From assembly GCF_006345805.1 (NCBI RefSeq), contig NC_042999.1:39246001-39310000 (forward strand): a stretch of 64,000 nt of DNA. Direction: 5' to 3'. The position numbers and the translations under genes are program-made. The notes under the pieces are model-generated. The model was not told the origin of the DNA, searched no databases, and worked only from the letters and a program-made list of their open reading frames with translations. Each line of letters opens with the position of its first letter. Within the stretch, counting starts at the first letter, position 1. The DNA comes from Octopus sinensis (Eukaryota). This document shows positions 11,844 to 25,426 of the stretch, piece by piece.

Positions 11844-14800
11844 ATATTGTATTGCAGATATTTTCATTTTAAAATTTGACATGTTGCTACGCTCTGCGTG
11901 TTATTTAGTGTTTTTTTTCTATGAAACGGTAGAGCATACAGTGACGCCTCGCTTGCATACAACACAAGGTGGCAGTGTCTCCCCAGAAAACTACTCTAGG
12001 GTGGCCGGGCATTTCAGAAATTTATTTCTCTTAACGTTAATGCTTTTGAGTTCCTACCTACTCTTCCTGCATTTCGTATTGTCTGCTCGATTCTATTAGT
12101 TTATATCTGTATTAAATTATTCAGTACGGGCTCTGTATTATATAAATTTATGTGAAAACAGCAAAATCCGTTTTAAGGTACTAGGTTTTAACTTGTGTGG
12201 AGTTTATGTTATACATGATGTTGGCTCATAATTCTCAGGTTCGGTCCCGGGAAGTTTTCAGAAGGAGTACACAAGGTCAGAAGGGAATATAATTCCAGGA
12301 GAAAACATTATTTAGAAAAGGGTACATCTTTTCTGGGCCGCAGGGAGTGAGGCACGTGCCCCTCAGGCCTCCGCCTTGGGTCCATCTCTGATTCTTGTAG
12401 GTGGGTAATGTTTACTATATTCAAACGCGACCCATCGTAAACGAATCACTTACTCTCTTTAGATCTAGGAAAATAAATCAGTGCATTGAAAGAAAACCTT
12501 TTCAATCATTCGATATTCCATGCAATTCTCGCAGCAACGCTTAATGTTAAAATTTCGGAATATTTTGCGATTTACTACGAACTTTCCAATCTTTTATAGA
12601 GTTCCTTTATTCATCTTATTCTTCTGGGTAAACCTGTTATCCTCACAACCTGATAAGGTCAAAGTTTCGCTCAAATCGAAGGGTCAAATTTCAGGTAAAT
12701 TGGAATAATGTTCGGAAAACATTATCTGTAAATAATATCCATCCTTAATATTCCATGTAACTGTAAATGTACTGGATACAATTATAGACAAGAATCTTAA
12801 CATTCACACATATACACATGTACTGCCTCTAACTTGTTATTTAAAAACACTGGTCCTCAACCCGTTTTTGCTTAGGGAGACATTTGATTCCTATTTCAAT
12901 CTACTAGACCACCATTGTCATTCGATGCATATACAGTTACTGTATTTCTGTTTTGAAATAATATGAATTGTATAAAAACAAAATGAAATATGTTGTGTAT
13001 TGTAGCAGTTTAATTCTTATGAATTTTAACAACTAAATTTTATATGGACATTCAAATTCATGCGCACCTCAGTTGAGAAGCACTCTTATAACGAATAAGA
13101 AACTTTCAGAAAGGAAAAAAAACCCAGACAGTTCATATCAATTCACAATGGCTCCGATATATATGATATTATAACAAGTGGATAGCAGGAAAGCTGCGTG
13201 ATGATGGTGTTAGCTTATATCAATTCATAATGGCTTCTATATGTGATATAACAAGAGAATTGCAGCAATGCTGATAATGATGTTAGACTTCGCGTTGAGA
13301 CCATCACATGATTTGTCTGTTCTTCTCTTCCGATTTATTTTGGCATTCGCGTTGCGTTTTTATTCTTCGCTTCTTTTTTACGAATTCAGCGCGCATATTT
13401 ACATTGTGCGTTTATACTTGTGTTTTCAGTTCCTTCTCAAAATGGTTTACAGATCACTACCACGTCACGAACATGCGTTCGGATAGAGAGCCTCGCGCTC
13501 CGATAGTTCTGAATGACTAATATATGTTTTAAAAGCCAAGTATTCATTTCATGGGAAGAATAATAGTCACTTTTAAAGGTATGATATCATTTCTGTGTTC
13601 TGGCAACGTGAGATATGGAAGGAAGGTATGTTTCCTTATTACATTTCATTGTGACAGTATAATCATCACTAGTTATGGAGTATAGAAATAGAAATAAAAT
13701 GCCAATACCTTTAAGAAGTTACATTACTGGAAACAGTAACATATTGAAAATAGTGTGTCATTCACATGTACTACAGTTATGACGTCTTGTTAATTGACAA
13801 TAAACAAAAATAATAATTACTGAATTGGCAACGTTTCATTCTTATTTGCAATGATTAGGATTCCCTTATGCACATATATGAACCAACTTATCGTTCAATC
13901 AAACAGTCAATCAATCAGTCAATCAATCAATCAATCAAACAATCAATCAATCTATCTATCTATCTATCTTTCTATCTATATGTCTGCGTGTGTATCTGTC
14001 TGTCCAGGTGTGTATGCGTATATGTAAGTATGCGGACGTGTGTCTGTGTGTGCAGGAGCGGCATCTGTACGTGAAGAAAGGGTGAAATAAAGAAAGAAGC
14101 ATATACAACGGCATTGACAAAAACAGAGGGGATACCACACATGTCTTTTGGATTGCATTTTATTTAGAAATGAGCGTTCTTAGAAGTCATCTGTAAATAA
14201 ATATTTAATTATATGCATCACAGAAACTTATTATACAAGTACTTTACATTTTCCCCGGAACATTACGTAATAGTACACTGAGAAAAAATTGCTGAATCCG
14301 CTGTATCACAAAATTTGAACACTGTTTCATTAAGAGATTTTGACGACGCATAAAGCAAACCTTTTTAATGAATCACACTTATGAATAATGTTGCGTGATG
14401 TCTTTCAGAATCTATTGTAATCTACGGACAAAGAATATAATTAATCATTACGAAGAGAAAGACCTTGGTGTGATCGTGAAAGAATTAAAAGACTCGGTAA
14501 CTTGAGTTCTGTAGTAGTTGCCTGTGTTTTTTACGCTTTTTCAATATTTTCATTACTTTCATGATTTGTCTGTAAGAAAGTATAATTTAACTTCATTTGA
14601 AAACTCACACACACCATCCGTTCAGTATGACACACACATACACACATGCAGACGCACACACACATACACACACACACACACACACACGCATGCACACACA
14701 TATACACAAACATACATACACGAAAATAATTGATAAGAAATAATAAATAATTAGGATTTCTCGAAATTGCACAGTATCTGAACATTTCTTTTTCCTTTAA

Positions 14801-16304
14801 TTAATGATTAGAATCCATCATTGAAAAAGAAATTAATGAACACTATTTTTTTCATTCATTATACGATGCCTCATTTCCTTATTCTTATTTCCAACTATCT
14901 AATTGTAGTTTTATTGTTTATTCTGTTGTATAAATTTAATATTATCCTGGTGGAATTTATCAGAAGGAATTCTTAAATTTCTCTGGTGACATTAACGTTT
15001 CCTGGCTGCAAGCATTGTTGAAGCATACATAGAATTTCTTGAATGTGATTTAATATCTATCTGCCACTTTCCTCCATAGATTTATGACATTTTTATCCCT
15101 GACTACCGTATTTTCCTTCCTCGCCGATTGCTTTACTACTTACGATATTATTACCGTATTGTTTTTATTATTATCTTTTGCAATTTGTCTTTACAGGTAT
15201 TAGTTTTCATCTTAGTTTGCATGAATGAGAAAGAAATACCTCTTCTGGTTTTGTAAGTGTATAGATAAAAAAAAAAACGTTGCTTCATTGTTTATTTCCA
15301 TTTATTTACTTTTCAATTAAAATACTTTATTTATTTGGTATGCAGATCTCCTAATCCTTAAAATTGAATTTCGGAAGCTCAATAAATTTATGCATATAAT
15401 TCTATTTCTAATTGATTTTCTTTAGAATTCCACCATTTATTTTCGCTATATCTATTTCTTCTAGATATCAATTTCTTTTGTTTAGATTTTGATGGCTACT
15501 ATATTTTTATATTTAACCTATGGGATTTTCAGGATAACCAGAATCGATTTACTGATCATTACATGTTTAAGATTATATATCAACGGGTGACCAAGCGATA
15601 ATTCTTTCGTCGTTTTTTTTTTTAAAGTAGTGATAGTTAAGGTACTTGCTTCTATCTCAGTTGTTTGTTATTCAATCCTATATAGAAATTATATGACAAA
15701 TGTACAGTTGAAGGGATTTTAAGCAAGAAAATTAAGCACGATATCTAACTAATGCAATGCATTTTGTACAATACGCCACAAATTCTGCCACGCTGTAGCC
15801 ATTTGATTTACCCATTATTAATTAACAAATGTTTTTTGTTCATTATATAGTATCTCAGAGATTCTTACCTGTTTAAGTGCTTTGAGCTGTCAATTGATAA
15901 TTGTTGTTGTTGTCGTTGTTGTTTTTCTTCTTCTTTTACTTCCATCTCTTCCTTTTTCTCCTTGCTTACCTTCTCGTCTTCCCCTTTTTATATTTTTCTT
16001 GATCTACCATCATCATCATCAGCAGCAGCAGCAGCAGTAACAGCAGCAGCAGTAACCGCAGTAGTTGTAGCATCAGCAACAGTAATCACAGCGTTTTAAA
16101 TAGTAAGACAGTGGTGAGTTGGCCTATCGGAATGATATTGGTTAGAACACCTAACACTTATTTTTTCTGCTTCATTACATTTGGAAGTTCAAATCCCACT
16201 GTCATCAGTTTTCATTCCATCGGGCTGATAAAAATTTAGCACCAATCAAGAAAGTTCTCTGGAGTAGCGAGAAACCCATTCCCATGAAAACAGCTTGCCT
16301 TGTG

Positions 16305-16370
<66 letters not shown>

Positions 16371-16449
16371 ACCTTTTCATCTTGTATAAGACAATACAAA
16401 ATTCAAATACATGCTTTCACAGGACAAATGTTCTTTCAATCCCTGTACT

Positions 16450-17310
16450 ACAGATTGTATAGGTATTGTACTTAATCGGAGTATTTTATGAGTTCTTGAC
16501 GCTGACTTTTCCAGGTATTTTGTTAGTAAATTTCTCCAATCGCATTTGAACGATCTACGAACACCGTGTCCGTGATTATTTCGTGTGATTTGAGCATGTC
16601 CCACATTATGGATATTTCAGTGTCAAAGTCTTCATTCCTAAACACTTTAATTTGAATATGACTGTGATGTTACAGTCTACTGAAACTGATATCATTTATC
16701 GTACAGCCTTCATCCGTGTTATTTGTATTTATGATACTTGGGCCATCTACCTTGATTTCCATATATATGTGCATCGGTATAACATTTACCAAGTCGTTAT
16801 CTTTTGATTGTGAAATATTGGTTATAAGTTCTACGAGAATGGCTTCTTTACGTTAGCTGAATCTATAGCAAACATAATTATTAGTATGTATAGGTAGATT
16901 CTGTCAAGACCTTCATCCAGATGGTGCCTTTTGTATATTTCCAACATTTTCTTTCTAGTTAAGAGCCCTAATTTTTACCATTGTTTAGTTTATGATATTA
17001 AACTTTAAAGGCAATACGGGTATAATTAAAGTACCAATAACTTCGTATTTATCAGATGCTTTATTTTCGCTTTAATATCATTGCTTCTATCTCGTAATAC
17101 TCTTACGATTGTGACTATATTCACATTTGTATATGCTTTTCTGATCTAGATCTTGGATTACAGATGCACCTTAGGTCGTAGTGTGTTGTGCGTACTTGTG
17201 TGACACTGTGTATGTTAATCTTACTTTTCTTGAATATTTTCCTCACGTTTATCAAATCCGAACTCCGGGCTAATATCATCTATCATCACTGAAGCCCACA
17301 ATAATAGCTA
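16450..17310 (-). mobile_element. Old R4/Dong LINE relic (RT C-terminus to endonuclease region), heavily decayed
   Basis: Minus-strand peptides DDISPEFGFDK, TRKKMLEIYKRHHLDEGLDRIYL and SIMWDML match R4/Dong SDDIGMEFGLDK, TRKLLTMH..HHPKADxDRLY and ILWDMP; many stops. Confidence 0.65.
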
Positions 17311-18205
17311 GTAGCTCATACCCTCGATTATCGCCCTTGGTTTAGGTTTTCAGATCGTACACAAAAATACATATTAACTGAAGCTGATATTTTCTGTTTC
17401 ATTCTCGAGGCTGTGTTAAAAATAATACGAATTTATAACTATGCTCAGGCGATACCTGTAAAATTCTGTAAGTATAATATTCTAAAATTAGAAATGCATA
17501 ATATAAAAAAAAATGTCGCTCAGTCCCACACTGTAATACCCCCCCCCCCCACCCACCCCGAGTTTCTATGACAAACATTGTAAACAATTTATTCAAATTT
17601 TGTTAATTTCGTCTGACAGAAAAAAAGCTTGCAGTCATCGCGTCAATTTAGACCGTGTGTAAGGATTGAAATAGTTTGAGCAGTAAAAGCTTTGCTGAAT
17701 GGAGTGGATTACAGTCCGTGGTTGAAAAAAAAAAAAGAAAGTGTAATGGGAGGGTTTGGGAATGAGTCATGAAGGCGTAGTGAATATGGGACGGAATAAA
17801 ACATAATATAATTGCAGTGAATAGAAGTTGCAGGACGGATGAAAATTACACAATGCGTCCGTCGATTAAAATTTGAAGCAGATTTCCAAGTCTTATCATT
17901 TTTCCTTAGTCATGCATTATTCCCAGATGCTGTTTATGATGTAGCTGCACGTTACAACTACATGGGAACATTAATTCATAAGATTTATATTAAACTCACA
18001 GCAACTCCTTAGTCCATAGGAGCTGGAATAATTTGTGGGTGTCAAAAGATAATCTAGTCTTAGATCTTCATTTTTTTAAAAATATAATTTAAGGTTGAGG
18101 ATATTCGTGTAGAAATCTGCTGTAAGAACGGGACTCAAAATTTCATTTCAAGAGTTCATGAAAATGTAACTGGAAGTTGGTCATGATTAACATATATACA
18201 TAATA

Positions 18206-18258
<53 letters not shown>

Positions 18259-18330
18259 TATATATATATATATATATAATATGTCTGTGTGCACGCATGT
18301 GTATATGAGTGTGCGTATACACACATGTAC

Positions 18331-18386
<56 letters not shown>

Positions 18387-18482
18387 AATGTATTTATTTA
18401 TTTACATAGCGTTGTATATACACAAATACAAGACTACACACAAAAACGCGTGCGCACGCAAAATCTCTGACGCACATATGCA

Positions 18483-18525
<43 letters not shown>

Positions 18526-18850
18526 TCACGCATAAGGTCGACTACAAACCATGTCGAGTAGCGCATATCGATTCATACGTATTCATCCTTTAATTAACAA
18601 GTAACTCAAATTTGCTACATTTCTTGCAGGCTTTATTTTTAGTTTAAGCATGAAATGGAATAAATTTAGGCGTATTCATGTTTTATGAATTCTGGCAATC
18701 AATACCAAACGTATATACAGTATTTATGCATTCAATAGATGATTTCAGTCCTTATAGCTGAAAATTACTACTTTTCATAAAAACGAAGTGAATTGCTAAT
18801 CAATTATAAACATGGATCTGTATTGGTTTTTCAGAAATAATTCAATAAGT

Positions 18851-19014
18851 AGGCGTAGGTGTGGCTGTGTGGTAAGTAGCTTGCTTACCAACCACATGAT
18901 TCCGGGTTCAGTTGCACTGCGTGGCACCTTGCGCAAGTGTCTTCTACTATAGCCTCCGGCCGACCAAAGCCATGTGAATAGATTAGGTAGGAGGAAACTG
19001 AAAGAAGCTCGTCG

Positions 19015-19051
<37 letters not shown>

Positions 19052-19310
19052 ATGTGTGTGTGTGTGTGTTTATGTGTGTGTATGTGTGTGTATGTGTGTG
19101 TGTATGTTTGTGTGTCTGAGTTTGTACCCAACATCGCTTGACAACCGATGCTGGTGTATTTACATCCCCGTAACTTAGCGATTCGGCAAAAAGATACCGA
19201 TAGACTAAGTACTAAGCTTACAAAGAATAAGTCCTGGGGTCGATTTGCTCGACTAAAGGCGGCGCTCCAGCATGGCCGCAATCAAATGACGGAAACAGGT
19301 AAAAGAGTAA
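18851..19310 (+). mobile_element. tRNA-derived CORE-type SINE family B (OR-like), well preserved
   Basis: Head with A-box TGGCTGTGTGG and B-box GGTTCAGTT, CORE-like GGCACCTTGCGCAAGTGTCTT, internal (TA)(TG) tract, tail AAAGAGTA. Confidence 0.9.
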
Positions 19311-20049
19311 ATATTGTTTAAACTGCACTTGATATAAAGTAACTCATTTATGTGGTATTAGGAAGTATGCTGAAATTAAGGTAATTCCTGTCCAGCACCC
19401 TTATGACAAATATCTATATAATACATTCTGAACTTCATTCTTTCTCGATGCTCATTCTTTAATCGCAGATCACAACAAGATTGACATGCTCGCGATGGAT
19501 GAAATGCCGAAATTGATTATACAACTGACAAAATTTCATTATATTGTAAGTGAAAAACGGTTATACAGATATTAGTATAGTTATAAGCATTTTAATTCTT
19601 TAGATGTGCACATAAAAAAATTCCCCTTCAATATCTGGGTACTTTCTTTGATTTGTCCTAGTTTATATCGTGTTATTTATAGAATGATGATCTGTCGCTA
19701 TTAAAAGCATTATTTAATCTACGCATCATTATAGATTTAGCTTATTACTTACTGGAAATAAAAGTATATGTGTGCCTAATATCATAATGCATTTGCTGTA
19801 CCGTAGCGTTGTTGCCTTATTTACTCTGTGAATGGAATTCTTCCATGAATATGATAAAACTACTTTAGTGAATTGCCGTTGTATTCTATAAGTAATCATC
19901 AGTACCCGGTTGCAAGGTGTGTCTACATATGTGCGTTAAGCAACTCCTCTATAAGCGAAGTCATGCATGTATATATGGGTGTAAATATGCGGCAGGGTGT
20001 GACATATCCGCGTGACAATATATGAGATGAAATTCGTATTTATCTAGTT

Positions 20050-20207
20050 TACGAGGCATTGATGAAAGGTTCCAGGCAATAAGAGTTTCACGAAAGGCTT
20101 GGTTTGCAGCCCAAATTTCCGAGTTTGTTTACAGGGTTTAGAAAACTTGAAGGACAACTACAACAAATGTGAGACTCTGAGAGGGGAATATGCTGAATAA
20201 AATCATA
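20050..20207 (+). mobile_element. Mariner-derived MITE remnant
   Basis: TACGAGG..GAAAGGTTCC TIR-like start; GAAGGACAACTACAACAAATGTGAGACTCTGAGAGGGGAATATGCTGAATAA encodes ..KCETLRGEYAE*, like the mariner C-terminus KCVxxxGxYVE*. Confidence 0.6.
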
Positions 20208-20422
20208 ATAAGGCAGCAAAACATTTTATGAATTTTGCTGCCTTATATGTATATAACCATACGGCACATATCCCGAACACCCCTTAGGTAGTCTCCAACA
20301 GCTCTATTTGGTTAACCTCTGAATTTCTTTAACTCTCTAATCTTTAGTTGTTTCATTCGACATATAAGGACATGAATATACGTATGTATGCGGATGTATG
20401 TGCGTATGTATATGTATATATA

Positions 20423-20475
<53 letters not shown>

Positions 20476-20694
20476 CATGTGTGTGCGTGTCTGTGCGTGC
20501 GTGTGTAGGTGTGCATGTATACGTGAATATATGTACGCGTGTATGCGTGTATGCATATATTTATGGGTAGTGTGCATGTGCATATATATATATATACATA
20601 TATAGGGATAGTTTACGAAAAGTACAAACGACGAAAACAGGTGATGTACAAAACCAACAGATGTATTAATATAACGCTCAGGAATAGAAAAAGT

Positions 20695-20730
20695 CTTTTA
20701 CGTTTCGAGCCTACGCTCTTCTACAGAAAG
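20695..20730 (-). ncRNA. Minimal hammerhead motif, variant core (CUGUAGA, A6U)
   Basis: Minus strand CTTT-CTGTAGA-A-GAGC(GTAG)GCTC-GAAA-CG-TA-AAAG; stems I, II and III all pair. Confidence 0.6.
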
Positions 20731-21357
20731 GGACAGAAAAAACAAGGAGAGAAACAAGGAGAGAAAAGAATGTGTGTAGTGGCTAACGATCTAGCATGGC
20801 GACTAGTGCCGGACAGAAGGCTTGCACACATATATACATATATATACGTACTTATTTCTTTCTCTCTGATTCCTCAATCCACACTATCACATTAGCCAGT
20901 GCATAAACATATTTAAAGAAACTTGACCATTTTTAGTATTCTCCTCTTCCTTTTGACCTTTCTTCATTTTAACTTGCATATGTATTCTCACCTCTCTATC
21001 CACTTAATGCTACAACTACTTTCTCAAATTTCCATTCAGACCACATTATCCCTTTCAATGAACAGTACGTAGAATCTACGTTTCAACACTTACTATTTGT
21101 AATGACAAAATATATACTCCGATTGGAATTTACATACCGCGGACAAGAAACATTTCTACCACTTCTATACAACACTTTCCTTGGGTAATGGAACTGCAAC
21201 TATAACATCTTTATATATACTTACTCTTATTTTTACTTCTACATTTATTCTCCTTTTTTCCTATATACACCTTATTTTTCTTCCTTTTTTAACACAACAC
21301 CTTATATTGAAATATTAATTGAAATATTAATTTCCCTCTATTTATCCCTCTCAAATC

Positions 21358-21405
21358 GTCTCTGATGAAGTTATATCCCTAATATCCCAGAAACAGCTGT
21401 AAGAC
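21358..21405 (+). ncRNA. Minimal hammerhead motif with damaged stem II, at a PLE-type terminus
   Basis: GTCT-CTGATGA-(AGTTATATCCCTAATATCCCA)-GAAA-CAGCTG-TA-AGAC; core and stems I/III canonical, stem II has two mismatches. Confidence 0.6.
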
Positions 21406-21633
21406 TAACGTTCTCTTTATAAATATCCTGAAAATTCCAAACAGCCTTGGCTCATTTTATTTAACACAAATACAGGCACGCACACACACACACACACACA
21501 CACAACACACACACACACGCACAAAATATTGTTATGTAGATTAAGTGAATCGAAGAGGACCCATAATGTGCATAATATCATAAAAACATATGTATATATT
21601 CAGGATAAACTTATATGTTAGTTAACTTCAGAG

Positions 21634-21942
21634 TATTCCATCGGAACAGAGACCTGGGAGACAATTGCTGCCAACCGCTCATCCTGGCGCAGCGCAATCA
21701 CCGTGGGAGCAGGGACAGCCGAGGAGGGACGGATTCGGTCAGCGGAGCAGAAACGTCAGATGCGTAAAGCCAGAGCCGCCTGCACCAGTAGCACGGCCCC
21801 TACCCACTTCTGCCCCACCTGTGGGAGGGGCTTCCTTGCCCGGATTGGCCTCACCAGCCACCTCAGGTCTCATGGCGGCAGTTCCATCAGATGATGTCAG
21901 TTGGTCATCTTCGAACCGAAGGACGAACATTATTATTATTAT
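21634..21942 (+). mobile_element. RTE-clade (BovB-like) LINE 3' end, young, 5'-truncated
   Basis: Open frame ETWETIAANRSSWRSAITVG...CPTCGRGFLARIGLTSHLRSH (terminal C2H2-like finger), short 3' UTR ending GGACGAACAT(TAT)n; 63% GC over 21661-21720. Confidence 0.9.
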
Positions 21943-23311
21943 ATGGTATGCATATTATATTGATGCGTACTTTTCTGAGTTTCATTCAATTCCCGTAACA
22001 TCGGATACAAATTTCTTACATTCATGTTTTTGACATAATTATAACTAATAGCTCCACATGTAGGTTACGGGATACCTTTAGATGACCTTCACAGTAAAAA
22101 GGGTTTGTTAAATGGTATTTCCAATGAATATCTACAAGTTGTTTTCAACGTATTTTATCCGGCGGGCCTATACAACCTATAAAAACGTTAGAGGTTTTGC
22201 ATATAACATAAAGTGGGTTAGAATACATGCTAGAAATTCAATGTGTTCACTCAAATCAATAGATGTACCTCTATACATGATTGTTTCAAATTTAAGATGA
22301 CCACATGAATACTTTTAGCTACAACGTTTTCGGTACGTTGAATTTCACAGTCTATACAGATGGAATGGAGGCACAGAGTGAAAACAACAGACATGTTTGA
22401 ATATCATTATATTTCTTCCTTTTTTAACTTACTACAATATTGCTGGGGTTCGTTTTAGCCAATGTGTGTAGGGAAAGGTCCCTTATATAAGAGTACACTT
22501 TACAATATTAATGGCTTGCTGCGAGTAAATACCTTAAATGTTTTTTTTTCATGCATACTTAATTATAAAGGCAATATCTCTCCCATATGTATTTGAGTAT
22601 CATCCCTGTACAAAATCATGCCCATCCTCAATCACTCGTGCGTGAAAAGGTGCCGTAGCATGACTTAGTTAATGTTTTACCTAAACACATGAGTAAAATT
22701 ACTCAAGAGAAAATTGTAAATATATAACCAAAAATAATTAATTGTATAAAAATATAAATAGAGAAGCAAATAGTTAAACTCGAACCCCACCAACTGACCG
22801 ACTAAGCATACAGAACTCAATAAAAATTTCCTATGTACAATCTTAAGAAATGCACATATCACACCACTGAAATACATCATACAACCAAACGAATGGTGCA
22901 GAAAAAAGCTAACAAATGAACAGGCACAAGCATTAGAACACATACGTACCAATGCATGACAACCAGTTTTTAAATAGAGAGTGTAGAACGCTGTTAGAGA
23001 GAGAGAGAGAGAGGGAGGGGAGAGAGAACGGGAGATAGACGAAAGGAGAGAGACGTAAGGGGAGAGAGAGACAGAGAGAGAAAAATGTGTGAAAGTGAGA
23101 AAGACAGTGAGAGTAAACTTGAGAGAGAAACACAGAGGGAGAGAGAAAGAGAGAGAGAGAGAGTAAAAGTGAGAAAGACAAAGGCTGAGCGAAACAGAGA
23201 AACGTTATTTTACATATATTTTCAGTTTTCATCTTTGAATATATTTATCCTACCCATGTCCATAGCCATCTTTATATCTATCCATTTAACTGCATCTAAT
23301 TCGTTTTTTTC

Positions 23312-23535
23312 GGCAGAATCGTTAGCACGCCGGGCGAAATGCGTAGCCGTATTTCGTCTGCCGTTACATTCTTAGTTCAAATTCCGCCGAGGTCAACTTT
23401 GCCTTTCATCCTTTCGGGGTCGATAAATTAAGTACCAGTTACGCACTGGGGTCGATGTAATCGACTTAATCCGTGTGTCTGTCCCTGTTCGTCCCCTCTG
23501 TGTTTAGCCCCTTGTGGGTAGTAAAGAAATAGGTA
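23312..23535 (+). mobile_element. SINE family A, near full length
   Basis: GGCAGAATCGTTAGCACGCCGGGCGAAATG...CCCCTTGTGGGTAGTAAAGAAATAGG. Confidence 0.9.
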
Positions 23536-24306
23536 TGCATATCCGTTGCTTTCACTGTTTCAAAATATAGTATTTATTCATCAGCGCATAGAGTACAATT
23601 TTTACTGTCGCCTGTTATTAAACATTATTTGCTCGATTTTCTTAGTTTGATTCTGCTTACCATGTTCTCTTACCTCAGGGTGTGGCTTGGTTGACGGCGT
23701 GTGTTGCTAGATCCCATGACACCTGGTCACGGCACATGATGAGATTTGTCGCTGAGAGGGGACTCACTGGCATTCTACACATGGAGTTTCATGGGAAGAC
23801 CCGAAAAATGTTGAATGCAGTAATACGCTGCTAAGGCGCAAGCAGCCAGAGAAGTTGTTTATCGGTATTAATTTTTTAACACATGTTTATATTATCATAT
23901 AAAGCATTAACATGGTTGTATCATCACGTCTAATTCTTTTCCTTCATCAAGCGAGGCAATTTTTGATTCTATATATCTTTGGGGGTAGTTACCCAAGTTC
24001 TGTTTAATAAATCGGTGTTTTAACATTTCTTGAACGGTGCAGTGAAAAAGTATTGGGGTTTCTACGGAACGTATTTCTTCATATATGATTGTGTGATGTG
24101 ATATTTGTTTGCACTCGTTGTGTCGCTGTAACTTAATTACATTTAGCAGTTTCGGTGGTGAGGTGATTTTCGACGAAGCCGAGAACATATGAAATGTATT
24201 GAATTTCCAAAAACAAGTCCAATAATGCGAAGATGATAGTTTTATGATTTTACAAACTGCGTTTTAAGGAATCTTCTGCAACATATTTTATTATTTGACC
24301 TAACAC

Positions 24307-24498
24307 TAAGGCGGCGAGGTGGCAGAATCGTTAGCATTCCGGGCAAAATGCTTAGCAGTATTCCATCTGTTTTTACTTTCTGAGTTCAAATTCCACCGAG
24401 GCCGACTTTGCCTTTCATCTTTTCGAGGATCGATAAATTAAATACCAGTTATGTACTAGGGTCGATGTAATAAACTAACTCCCTCCCACCAAATTTCA
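24307..24498 (+). mobile_element. SINE family A
   Basis: TAAGGCGGCGAGGTGGCAGAATCGTTAGC...GATAAATTAAATACCAG. Confidence 0.88.
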
Positions 24499-25426
24499 TA
24501 TGTAGTTAAGCTTCTATTTGTGTTTATATTAAGATATTAAGGTGTGTGTATATTAGAACTATTACTGAGAGTGATATATAAGCGATTTACCACGTTGAGA
24601 TTTGTCCTTATATTACATATAGACATAAAGCGATAGTGGTGGGATACTTAACCCTATTAATTGATAATCACCATCACGATGTGGACCGAAATATACCGAA
24701 GTGAATAGTGGCGTCATTAAAACTAATATTTATAGTCAAATGAAATTACAAAACTAATCTACACCCGATTGAACGAATTAAGTACCACAGTGGGGATAGC
24801 GATTCCACTAAATGACTTCAACCAGACTGAGTGTTTGTCAGAAATGTTTTAAACGCGAGCATTAATTCAATAACTGTGCCATCGATATTATTGCCGATAT
24901 ATAGTGATTTATATAGAAAAGAAATGAAGGTAGAAATGTGGAATTTCAGTACGTCAGTTTTGGTATTGTCTGCGATATAATATGCATCATATTTTAGATT
25001 CATCGAGAACTGGTAGCGCTTATACGGTGGCTGAAGTAAGGCAATTACGGAGGGGTAGATTACAGACTAGGTAAGTGGCGCTTCGAGCTGATCTGGTTGT
25101 ATATACACCATTTATCAACATGTGACATATATTCTCCGTGACAAAACGCTGTGAATAGCTTGTTCCCCGGTTTGAACGTCCATCAAGTAATTTACGGACT
25201 GATAATAACATTGGAATTTTACTTATCACTGTTTAGTGCTCCCCCTCCATAAGATACTCTCTATAGATTTACGAACACAAAAGTGGTTCCAGTCTCCAGA
25301 AGATTACGATTGAAAATTACTAGAGCGTTAAACTTCACAATAGCTATTGTTATGGAATTTACTATTAAAAGTGACATTGGCAGGAACGGACCAAAATGAA
25401 TATTCTCCATCAATATCAATCAATAC

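Noticed and set aside
11937-11957. TACAGTGACGCCTCGCTTG as a Tigger/pogo TIR
   Set aside because: No matching second TIR found nearby.
16010-16090. (CAT)/(CAG) tract as a polyglutamine exon
   Set aside because: No enclosing ORF or splice context.
4070-16870. Alternative genetic code (TAA or TGA read-through) to join protein-like minus-strand fragments at ~4.1, 6.9, 7.8, 11.0 and 16.6 kb
   Set aside because: TAA is the commonest chance stop in AT-rich DNA, exon phases do not join up, and the 16.6-kb piece is explained as an old R4/Dong relic.
23650-23800. Minus-strand exon with twin GTAAG donors
   Set aside because: The only extended open frame ends in TGA just before the donor; no recognisable product; cannot be supported without RNA data.
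23907-24188. 93-aa minus ORF as a PLE RT-thumb remnant
   Set aside because: Only a faint FIKQN..YP resemblance; too weak to call.
24999-25071. Plus-strand 73-nt exon candidate (similar candidates near 13435, 47250-47370 and 51218)
   Set aside because: Splice-like motifs are expected by chance at this density; peptides are unrecognisable and do not chain into a gene.
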